A stretch of 64,000 bases of DNA from Adineta vaga (taxonomy: Eukaryota; Animalia; Rotifera), in the NCBI GenBank assembly GCA_021613535.1, contig CP075495.1, positions 13,454,001 to 13,518,000 on the forward strand, in the 5' to 3' direction. A program made the position numbers and the translations under genes. Positions 52,194 to 64,000 of this stretch are shown one piece after another. A model generated the notes under the pieces. It had not been told where the DNA came from, did no database searches, and saw only the letters and a list, made by a program, of their open reading frames with translations. Numbering within the stretch: the stretch's first letter is position 1; each line of letters opens with the position of its first letter.

Positions 52194-53220
52194 AATAAAA
52201 TAATAAAAATCTATTTTGACTTTTCACGAATTTATTTGTATATTATTCCGTTAAATATATACAAAAAGAAGAGAATATACAAATAGTAATACAAAGAATT
52301 TCACTTTTTTAACTGATATAATGTTGATGAATAGCAGCAGGAATACCAGTATACGACTGAAAATGAGAGTGACTTAATAAACGAAAGAAATTGAAAATAA
52401 TAGGTATGTATAGACGTCATAGGAGACGTAATAGATAAAAATCAATCAAGCTTATATTGAAAAGAAGAATTTAAATAGCATTCTTTTACTGAAAATACTT
52501 TTCTAATGGTGACGTATATTTTATTCGCTCTAGATCATTTCTTGAGAAAGATATATTTCTCTTGAGAATGAATTAGGATGCATACAATTAAAATGAAAAT
52601 GTTGCATCTTTATCAAAAAATTCTAATCTATTTATTCATCCATGATTAAATTGAAATAATTCTTACACAAGAGAATAGAATTGTCTTCAATGTTTGCATG
52701 AGTCTTCTAAAACTAGTGTACAAAAAAAGTAAGAAATATTTAATGAAGACATACAAGATGTAATTTGTTCAACGATGTCATCGAGAGAAGATCTATAAGA
52801 TCACATATGAAACTATATGATTAGTATAGAAAATATCAAAGAATATTAGTCTTTTCCTATACTACATAGAAAATTTTGCAAATCAATTCAACTTCAGAAC
52901 AATTTTCTTCAATAATATTGCTATTTGAAATCCATTAATCAATTTTTATTCACTAATAATTATATTCTCTTTCTAAGTTTCATCTGTAATAATAAAACCT
53001 CGTATATATCGATAGATGTCAGTATTAGACACAAGTAAAAAAAAGCATATGATCGAAGACTTCATTATGATTTGATTCCTTGCTTATACCCTTCATCTCA
53101 TAGATGTTCATGAGAACAAAATTGTTTTGACATGTTTTATTTAGTATTTGAAAATTTCTTTTCGATTCATTTTGTTTCTCTGATGATTTAGAATTAAGAA
53201 AAATTTTCAGAATTATTTTC

Positions 53221-56200
53221 ATGACAGCAACACATAATGTTTACGATGTCTTAACACAAATTTTTTCGAATTTCTCACAACAACAATATGGCAATGAAGA
53301 TAATTTGAATGATCGGTATGTTTCAATCAATAGAAATCTAATTATTTTGTTCTTTTTTTATTATTTAGACATTCATTTCCTCATCAATTAAGTGATGTAG
53401 GAGAATATCTTGATAATAAACTAGCCGATATTGCGACCACATGTCCTAATACTTCACGTGGTAAATACATATATTTATTTATTTATATTGAATATTATCG
53501 ATTGATCGATTTAGATTATGAAGAATATCGTTTGGGACCATCGACGACAAGTTTAATCTTACACGGAGCCACTGGAATTGTTCAATGTACACGTTATGAT
53601 GTAAATTTTTTGAATATTAAATCAAAACAAATATTGAAATTTGATATTTTAGTATACGGGTATCGCAAGTTTTAATACGGTTCGAGCTGATGTCTGTATT
53701 TTTCGTGGTAAATGGCAGTATGAAGTATTACTGGAAACACGAGGTGTTATGCAATTTGGTTGGTGTACAATAAAATGTAATTTTTCACAAGAAATTGGTG
53801 TTGGTGATACATGGACATCATTCTCTTATGATGGTGGTCGAATACGAAAATGGAATGTACAAAATTCCAAATATGGTGATGTAAGATTGTCAAAATAAAT
53901 TTAAAAAACAAAAACGATTCATATTTTTGTTGATTTCTTTTTAGCCTTGGTTAGCTGGAGATATTATTTCATGTTTAATCGATTGTGATGAAGGAACAAT
54001 ATCATTTAAACGGTAGATAAGATTAAGAATAGCGATGAATTCGTATGTTCTATGATTTGAATTCTTTTTTTTTAGAAATGGTGTAGATTTAGGTATTGCA
54101 TTTGATAATGTTCCATGTGGAAAAGGTATTGCATATTTTCCTGCAATATCATTATCACAAAATGAACGTGTAAAAATCAATTTTGGTTCAACACCATTTC
54201 GACATCCGACTTTGAATTATTTACCAATCGATGAAAAACCACAAATACTCATTGAACAAGCAGATTTTTTATTAAATACATTTCAACAAGTTATTCATTT
54301 TGAAAAATATCAAAGATACAATGGATCAAATAGAACAACAAATGCATTAAAAGTTTGATTTTCATTTTCAATGATTTATGAAATTTTGTTCGTATTCATT
54401 TAGTTACCACAATCAAGAACTATATCAGATCCAAAGAATGAGCCAATTCTAATGATTATTGCTCAACAAATTATTGAACGTCTCTGTCCATTATTGGTTA
54501 GTTATAGCGAAAAAAACAAAACAAAAAGGAAACCTATTAAGAAAAAGTTCTTTCAAATAGAACTAATGACATTTCATTGATGAAAAAGCAAGAGCATATA
54601 TAATCCATTTCTTTTTTCTCCTATTCAAGAAGAAAAGTTGAGGACATATGAGACTATTGAATTTCTTGCAAAATATGCACTTTTTCATACATAGAAATAA
54701 CCTTGATCACTTTCTGAATAGAACCTAAGCATTAGAAGGAAACCAATCTATTGATAATAATTTTCATCTCTTTCTCAACTGACTGACAAAGTTTTGAAGA
54801 AAGAAAGAAAAAAAAGAAAACAGAAAAGTTTTGAGATTAACCTTGACACAAACTCTTTGTCAAGGTCATACGTCTCGAGAATGTTATAAAACATACATGA
54901 TTGACAATTTCAAAAACTTTCTTATTGATTTATCTATAAGAAGAAGAAAAACCCAAGAGAAGATGACTGAATGTTTTGCACTATTGATCACGAAAGAATG
55001 TTGATTGAATTATCTTTTCTTTTTGAATAGAATTCATCTTATATTATTCAAGAATGTCTGATCTCAATGCTTCTAAAACTCAATCATGAATCTATTCATG
55101 ATGAACAAATTGAAATATCTTTATGTCTGGACTATTTCTGGGCATTCTTAGAAGTAAATTCAATTGATTTTGTTTTGTTTTTTTTCATCAATCAGAATAA
55201 ATTAAAAAAATCATTTTCATTTAGTCAAATGATTTATTGACAATCTTTACTCAATTATTTCTTTCATTAAATGTTCTCTATTTTTTTGAACCTATTCAAT
55301 TGACCTTCGATTCTCAAAAACAATATTTATATTTATTATATTCACTAATTAAACATGAAGATACTCGAAAATTATCATTGGAATCGATGTTTTTTCTTAA
55401 AGTTAAATTACCATTATTTATTGATATTAAACCACCGGATACTGAAGTTCTGAAACAAATTATACCTGATGGATGGTCAACAAAAAAACTAAATTTAGTA
55501 AGTTTAGATTGAAGAATGTATGTGATGATAAATTCGAAAATGATTTTTTATGTAGAATGATTTAGAACGTGATTTGAGTTATTTACCAGCATGTCGAAAA
55601 TTAAAAGATGATCTTAAATCATTAGAAAATATTCAAATTGAAATATTGAAAACTTTATTAAATCCATCGGATGTTCTTCAACATCCACCATCATCAAAAT
55701 ATTTATTTATAACTAAATTTCGAATATTTCTTAAAGAAAATCTCACTGAATCACCGGTAGGAAATATTTCATGGAAAAACGCTTTCAATCAAACTATTCT
55801 TTCTATTCATAGATTCATAATTATCAACCAGGTATAATAAGAAATTTCTTCCATCGTTTATTACAAGTCTTAGAATTCTATTGGAATCAATATCATGAAA
55901 TAAAATCACTTGATGAAGGTCGAGAATATTCTTTAGCATTCGATACAGCATATGTTCCAACTGAAAAATTTATTGATAATAATTTCGATTATTTCAATTT
56001 ACAAAGATTAGGTGGAATACAAAGTCATTTAGAGAAAGAATATTCGGGTAAATAGAAATCATTAATGGACGGTCATTAATTAACCAATTTTGTTTTCTAG
56101 CGGATGTTAAACGAGCAAGAGCATCGGGTTCTTCATCGGCATCGACAACATCATCGTTCTTTGCACGAGCTTTTTCTGATCAAAATTCACGACGTGATGA

Positions 56201-58684
56201 AATGTGTATGTTGATTGAAAGATAAACAAGATATAGAAACAATTCTCTCTATTCTAGCGGAAATAGTAAATGGAAGAGTTCGTTATCGACATGAATTTGG
56301 AAGTAATTTAAAACAATTGAATGCAAGTGGTTCGGAAAGTTTAACGGAACTATTGGATGGACTTATACTACTCTATCATGTTGGTGTACACAAACATTAT
56401 TTGAAAGTAAATTTCAATCGATTGATTTTGATTAGAACAAATTTAAATTGGAAATTTAGGTTGCCGAAGTTGTTGACAGTTTACGAGAATATACAGAATC
56501 ATTGAGTGATATTGATAATAAATTACTCTATTGTCGAGATGATTGTCCAGATATTCGTGATGAACTTATTCGATCGAAGAAAATCTTTGAACAACAAGCA
56601 GAAGATTTAACAAGAAAAATAGCTTGGATAACAATCAATGTATTTTCACATGTAAAAATCTATTCTTTCTTTTCTTTTTGACATTTTTGAACTTTCCTTT
56701 TGTTTCTAGGAAAAACGACGTGATATTGTTATTTTACATCGATGTGTTCATCGAACACTTCAACTTGCATCGGAATCTGGAAATCTATTTAGTTTTGTAC
56801 CTGAAATCTATCTCAATGATATTTATTTGAATACTTTTACTGCTCTCAATGTTTATTATCCATTAGAAGGTATTCAATTCATACAATTAAAATAAATATT
56901 TTCCTTCTTTTTTTGTTTAACAATAGATTCTGTAATTAGTCGAGAAATTTCAACAGATTTTGTACAATTTGTTTCTAATCATATGCAAGATACACGAATA
57001 GTGAATACAGGTAATGATATTTATCTTGTTTTAATATTGATTATAAGTTGTTTTGATTTCAATTTCAAATAGATGTTCGTGATAATATCATTCAATCATT
57101 AAGTGCATTCTGTTTTTATACAGGCTCATTACGAGCTTTAGAAAATATGCGTGAATTTAATCGAACAGTATTAATTCGAGCATTATTAACACCTTACGCA
57201 AATCGTCCATGGGCAATGACGAATCTAATTTTAGTTCGATTTTGGAAAGGATGTGGATTTGGTTTTCGTTATTCACAAGTATATCCATCGAAATTTCTAC
57301 AAAGTTTAAGAAAAGATCGAATACAAGGTAAGAAGAAAGATCTATGTGTGTATATTTTGCTTTGTTATTGTTGAAAAATAATAGATCCATCACCATCGAT
57401 TAAATATCAACAAGAAATTGGACGATATTTATTGAGAAATGTTGATGATGCCATTGTCTTTCTTAATAGTTTATTAGGACAATTGAATTGGGCATTTTCA
57501 GAATTTATGGGATTATTAAAAGAGGTAACTAGAAGAAATTGATGTTTGATGATTATTTAATTTTCTTGTATTTAGTTGGTACCAACAAAAGCTCGTTATA
57601 TGCCAACGATTGAACATCGACAAATGAAAATATGTTCGACTTGTTTTGATGTCACTGTTAGTTTATTACGAACTATTGAAATGACTATATGTGTCGCACC
57701 GAATGTTATGTTGGATAAACATTTACCTAAATCGGAAATGTTACTCATACGTCTGATTCAAGTAATACAGATTGACATTTGTTTTTTATTGAAAATATAT
57801 GAAGAATTATTCTATTTCATAGTTGCTCAGTCAAATTATCAATCGTTTAGCAACGAAAAATTATGTTTTAGAAGAAATTCAACGATTGAAAATGTCAGGT
57901 AAGATATGATCATTTCAATTCAGAAATGAAAATACTATCGATTTCGATAGCATAATTCATTTTATTATTTATTTTTAGTATTAGACAACATTCATCCTTA
58001 TCCAATATTCTCAGCTGTATGTGGTATTTTGATACATTTAATCAATCGAACAAGTACTGAAACGTATGTTATTCATTTAAAGAAAATAAACAAACGAACG
58101 AAGTATAATTTGATTTTTCTTTGAAATTTTCATTAGATCATTACGTGTATGCCGAGCCATTCATAGTGAAGCTGATCTTGATTTATCATGTCTTCGTCGA
58201 TTAATCTATGGATCTGATAGTGAAACACTCGAGCCAGGACCATCATCACGTTTTGCACTTATATCTCAACCAGAAATAAATCGAACGGAAGTCAATGAAC
58301 TTGATGAATTCTATCGTAAATTAAATGAGACATATCAAAAATTAGCTAAAACAACGACGACATCAAATGATAATGATGAATTCTTGTGTATCATATGTTA
58401 TTCACATCCGATTCAAGCAGAATTTCGTCCATGTAAACATCAAGCATGCTTGTAAGTTATCCAATTTCTCATTCAAATGATTCAATAAGGAATAAATTTT
58501 AAATTCATTTCTCCTTTGTTCTTTTTTTTCTTCTTCCATGTTTAGGTCATGTATCAATACACATTTTATGACAAGTAATGAATGTTTTTTTTGTAAAACA
58601 CGTATTGATCAAGTTGTTGATTCAATAACTAATCGAGTAATTGACAGTGTTAAACCAAATGAAAATTATACAAAAGACAAATAA
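53221..58684 (+). CDS. RNF123: E3 ubiquitin ligase RNF123/KPC1 (SPRY ... RING); many short introns
   Basis: RLGP, F.TVRA..C...GKWQYEV.L...GVMQ.GW, GVGDT..S..YDG.R.RKWN, RLGG..SHL, Y.NRPWA..N.IL.RFW.GCGF, FLNS.L.QLNWAFSEF, RING C.ICY.......F.PC.H..C..CI..H......CFFCK. Confidence 0.93.
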
Positions 58685-59159
58685 TGATATTTTTTTCTTT
58701 TCTTTTCTTTTCTTTTTTTTATATTTGTGATCTTGTTTTTCTTTCTCTTTCGTTTGCTTTGAACAGTAGGATGAATATCTATTTATTTTCTTATGTCTGA
58801 GTAAAGACATATATATATATATATATGCATATAAATATAACATGGTTTCTTGGTAATTTTTTTTCATTTCCTTTTCTTGATCATTTACAATCAAACAGCA
58901 TTCTCTTTTTCGTGTTTTTTTCTTCTTTTCTTTCGTTTTGTATTCGAGCCTTTCATTATTACATATTTCGTCTCTATACAAGTACAGAGTTTTGCTAATT
59001 TAAAAACATAATTACTTCTTTCCCCTTCTTTATCTTGGCTTCCGTCCTTCTTTTTTCTTTCTCTTCTTTCTATATATTATAAATTATGAAAAAAATATAT
59101 CAACTGTACCATGTCTTATTCTAGTTAAAGATAAAAGAATTCTAATTTAATAAAAGAAA

Positions 59160-60627
59160 ATGAAAGCACTCATTCTTGTTGGTGGTTATGGAACACGTTT
59201 ACGTCCGTTGACACTTACAAAGCCAAAACCATTGGTAGAATTTTGTAATAAACCAATGGTCCTTCATCAAATCGAAGCTTTAGCTCAAGTATGTGTTGTT
59301 GATTGATTGATTACATTTGGAATTGTATTGAATAATATAGGTCGGTGTGTCACATGTTATTTTGGCTGTTAGTTATTTATCTGATATGCTACAACGTGAA
59401 ATGGAAGTTGAAGCTAAACGATTAGGTATTAAGATAACAATTTCACAAGAAACAGAACCATTAGGAACAGGTAGATATGATTAAGAAGAAGTATTCATAT
59501 GTTATCTTGTTATTACTTTTTAGCTGGTCCATTGGCATTAGCATGTGATCATCTTCAAACTGATAGTGAACCATTTTTTGTGCTCAATTCAGATGTGATA
59601 TGTGAATTTCCTTTTAATGAAATGATTCAATTTCACAAAAATCATAATTGTGAAGGAACGATTGTGGTAAGTTTACTGAATAATTATCAAAACGAGACAA
59701 TCTTTGATATATATCTTTCTATTATTTTCAAGGTAACAAAAGTTGATGAACCATCCAAATATGGTGTTGTTGTTTATGAGCCAACTAGTGGTAAAATTGA
59801 TCGATTTGTTGAAAAACCACGTGAATATGTTTCAAATAAAATCAATGCTGGTCTTTATATTTTTAATCCATCAATTCTCAATCGTATTGAAGTAATTTAT
59901 CATAATTAAAATCATATATATACATAAGACGTTTATTTAGTTACGACCAACATCAATTGAAAAAGAAATTTTTCCTGCAATGGCTTCTGATAAGCAATTA
60001 TTTGCATTTGAATTGAAAGGTAGACTTTCTCAATTTTGAACTTTTCCGTTTCCTATGTACGATATCTTATATAGGTTTTTGGATGGATGTTGGTCAACCG
60101 AAAGATTATCTAACAGGAATGGGTCTTTATCTTAATTATACTCGACATTCACATCCCGATAGATTATCACGTGAAAATGGTATGGTAGGAAATGTTCTTG
60201 TGGTAAGAATGAATTCGTTTGATTGATTAAATATCGATAATCATTCTTTTTACGATTAGGATCCTACAGCTAAAATTGGTGATCGTTGTCGTATCGGACC
60301 TAATGTTGTTATTGGTCCACGAGTTATCATTCAAGATGGTGTATGTCTAAAAAACTGTACAATTCTTGCTGATTCGCTCATTAAAAGTCATTCATGGATT
60401 GCAAATTGTATCATTGGCTGGCGATGCAATATAGGCCAATGGGTAATGTTTCTATCGAATGATTGGCAAATGTTCGATTTGTCAATTCTATTTAGGTTCG
60501 TATGGAAAATACTAGTGTATTAGGACTCGATGTATCCATACAAGATGAATTATTTATCAATGGTGGTGTTATTTTACCACATAAATCAATTAGTGAAAGT
60601 GTTTCAGAACCAAAGATTTTGATTTAA
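59160..60627 (+). CDS. GMPPB: Mannose-1-phosphate guanyltransferase beta; multi-exon
   Basis: [76 protein letters not shown]-terminal hexapeptide repeats. Confidence 0.97.
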
Positions 60628-61656
60628 AATCAATTCAATAACGCTACGTGTGATTTTGTTCGCAACAATTCATGACTTTTTGGTAATTGTGAATCTCTTC
60701 TATTTCATTTTTAGTTTTTTAAGCAAGAAGAAAAATAGTTCATCATGACATTGATTCTATACATTTTTTCTTCTTATTTATGATGATAAAAAGTAACTGG
60801 TAATTATTAACTTGGTGCTTTCTTCATCTTTTATCGTATTTCATTCCAATCTATATGATTCATTTATTTTTTTTTGTTATTTTTCTTGCATTAATTGGCT
60901 TTTAAAAAAAATTCTTCTATTTATCTTTCACAACTAAACAAAACAAATATATAGTCACCTCTGATCTTTCTATCTCAGTTTTGTTGTACAAAGACGTCAT
61001 TTAAACTTATTTAATGTCATATGAAGACAATTATACAGGTTAATTTTTATATAATATTACAACTCGAATATTGACGAACAAGATTTGCATAGGTGTCACT
61101 TATCTCGTACGTTTATTAGATGTTGGTTGCTATACGAATTGTTATTATAACGAAATGCGAATGACTCAGTCAGAGCAACGAATAAACACAGCGAAGCATT
61201 TGTAGATGATGAAAGAACATGATTTCATTTGTTAAACTGAAACGTGCAGTATAGTCGATGCACTACAATCTTATTATATGTATGAAAAATTGTTTATGTA
61301 AATGTTGATTTGAAGAGAAACAAAACGTATAGGAATGTACTTTATGCTAATGCTTATCTCCCAGCATTTTCTGTCTAAGTAAAGAAACATGTCATTGTCG
61401 ATGATAAAGTCAGTCGTTTATTTCGAAATCTTAATGGTTATATTGTGTGTATTCAAGTGTTGATGAAGAAGAATGAAACAAAAAAGAAGAAGAAAGATAA
61501 ACTATTTTCTATCGTTTTTTGTTCTTTTCTTTTTTTTTTTTCTATAGAAATAGATATTTAAAACAAACGAACATGTTTAATATGTCTTCTTAGTTTTAGA
61601 ATTGATAAATCTATCCACCCTATAAATAGGGTTGGCAACATAGTTGGTTTTTTCCC

Positions 61657-63805
61657 ATGGATCCTACAATGTTAAAACTACTTCCATTGGATGAAATTGA
61701 TAATGAACGAATGCGTAAGTTTTAATAAATAGTTTGCTGCGATTATAATTCGTTTTTCTTTCTAGTTTTCATGACCCCGCTATTACTAACGCCACATGTT
61801 AGTGATTCAAATACATCTGATTATTTTGATTTAGAGGTAGTGTATTGCTGTGTATATTTTTGTTTTGTTTTTCAAAATAAGTTGTTTGTTTGTTTAATAG
61901 TGCTCGTTTTCGCATAAAGAATATCAACAACGTATGTTGGACCTAACCGATGATTTACAAAAGTTAGCCAATTCATCATATCATTCAGGTAAGATCAAGC
62001 GTATAGATGATTGAAAAAAGTATTAAATATCGATGATATTAAAAATCTAATCAATGATTCATATTTGATATCGATAGAAACTTATTTGACGAGAAATGCA
62101 AATAAAGAAATAAGATAATAGTTTAAAATATTATTTTCTATATAACTTAAATAATTTAATCTCTACGAAAAATTTATTCGAAGAATTCTTAATCTGATTT
62201 TTAGGTAATAATGCAAATGAATTCGATATACACGAACAACAACCAACAGAAGCTACTGATGATGGTAAATATATCTTTTGCATTCTATCTTTATTCATAA
62301 TCGATATTTTCAGATGTGAATTCTTCTCAAAGACAAACAAAAGCAACAACACCAGTAAATATTAACAATGGTTTGTCTCGTATGATTTTTATACTTTTCG
62401 AAATTTATTATTTCATTTATTTTAAAGATTCTTTTCAATCCCAATCATCACAAGAACATCATACAAAAGCTATATCAATCATACAACAAACAAATTCAAT
62501 GGCAGAAAATTTTTCTTCTGTTACGTCAGATACAGAAACTATATTAGTAGAAGAACATCATCAACGGCCTCTACTTAATTATAGTCGTAGTCTTTGTGTA
62601 CCATATAATGATGATGATGATGATAACAATGGTAGATTTTTCCAAAAACAAAACAAATTATGTGATCAACTTGTATTCTTGATTTAGATACATCAATAAT
62701 TCAGGATTCATTGACAAATACATCTGAAATCTCATTAGATTTTAGTGGAATATTAAAAAAAGATAAGAATGATCTTGGACATATTATGATCAGCTATGAT
62801 GATTCAACACGAGCAATATGTATGAAAATAGCGAAATATTTAAAAGTAAATAAAGCAAAAATTGATTTCACGTTAAACAATTTCTTATATATATATATAT
62901 ATATTAGAATCGTAATTATATTGTTTGGATTGATCAAGATAATATATCCGGTGATGTTTTGACTTCTATGGCAACTGCTGTAGAAAATTGTTTTGTTGTA
63001 TTAATGGCAATTAATGAAGAATATTATAACAGTCGATATTGTCGATTAGGTACATTGATTTGTCATCTTCGTACTTGCTTTTTTTTTGAAAGATTACTTT
63101 TGTTTTAGAAGCTGAATATTCTGTTGAAAGAAATAAAGTATCAATTCCAATGTTAATGCAAGCTGGTTATCGTCCACAAGGCTGGCTTGGAATAATCAAT
63201 GGTGCTAAATTACATATTGATTTTTCTCAAATTCAATTTGATGAAGCATTCAATTTATTAGTAAGAGAAATTGAAGCTGTTCGAACTTCGTTGGGTGCTG
63301 ATGAAAATAGTATGACATCTTATTAGTCTCTAACAATGTGAAATTTATTCATTTCTTTAATTAGTTTCAATGAATAGTAATAATTCAATAACAACAATGA
63401 ATAGTTCATGGTTTCATTCGCAAAATGTTCATGATTGGTCAATATATGATGTAATTGAATGGTTAAATCGAGAAAAACTTGAAATGTAAAATGAACTTTA
63501 ATTCATTTCAAAAGAAAAAAAATGAATTATTTTTGTTTAATTTAGGTTTGAAAATACTTTAAGTAACTTTACCGGTGCAACACTTTGGCAATTATATAAA
63601 ATTAAATTCGATGTAAACTAATTGGTCATATCATTTCGTTTGATTTTCGTTTTTTTTAATTATCTTTTAGTCACCATCAGATTATTATCGAACGGTTGAT
63701 GTTTTACTTTCACCAACAATTCCACTTCGACTTTTTCATATTTTAACATTTAATGCTGCACTTGAAAATCTTTTTTCCAAATCATCTCCATCCATACATC
63801 GATAA
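61657..63805 (+). CDS. TIR_2 (SARM/bacterial-like TIR) plus SAM-like domain protein; multi-exon, N-terminal exons approximate
   Basis: HIMISY, VWID, SMA.AVEN, S.YCRLEAEY, GWLGII.G..L.IDFS, F..L.REI, then W...DV.EWL....L......F.G..L. Confidence 0.85.
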
Positions 63806-64000
63806 AATTCATTATGGCAAATTACCAACACTAAATATACCGAGTCAATCAAATTCTTCCGATGCCAAAATTCGGATTGTATCTTGAATATATTTCTCGT
63901 TGTCTTTCGATGTATTTTTTCTGTCTTAATTTAGAATATTTTTCTATAAAAGCAACAATTCGTCTTTTTTATCGGTTAAATAAAAAAACACAAATGTACT

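Overview
Eukaryotic, very AT-rich, gene-dense DNA with many short (~47-65 nt) GT-AG introns and a metazoan gene set. The composition, intron size, TGTGGG telomere-like repeats and a bacterial-type gene carrying an intron suggest a bdelloid rotifer, but this is an inference. About 19 protein-coding genes can be reconstructed by hand-splicing: UQCC2, a fused gamma-beta-alpha urease homologue, DSCC1, CYBA/p22phox, an ankyrin-SOCS box protein, a DDR-type receptor tyrosine kinase, a Thr/Met-rich tandem-repeat mucin-like protein, an orphan single-pass membrane protein, a DUF4139-like secreted protein, an orphan with a PemK/MazF-like motif, class IIa HDAC, neurabin/spinophilin, a CAP/GAPR-1-like protein, TMEM14, SEC62, MOCS3, RNF123, GMPPB and a TIR-SAM protein. 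The most striking object is the urease. Its spliced reading frame is intact, yet all six nickel-ligand positions and the substrate-binding His are substituted and the active-site mobile flap is deleted. This points to a maintained pseudo-urease. It starts only 49 nt downstream of UQCC2 and appears to share a 5' non-coding exon or polycistronic transcript with it. All assignments come from motif recognition by eye; no database searches were run.
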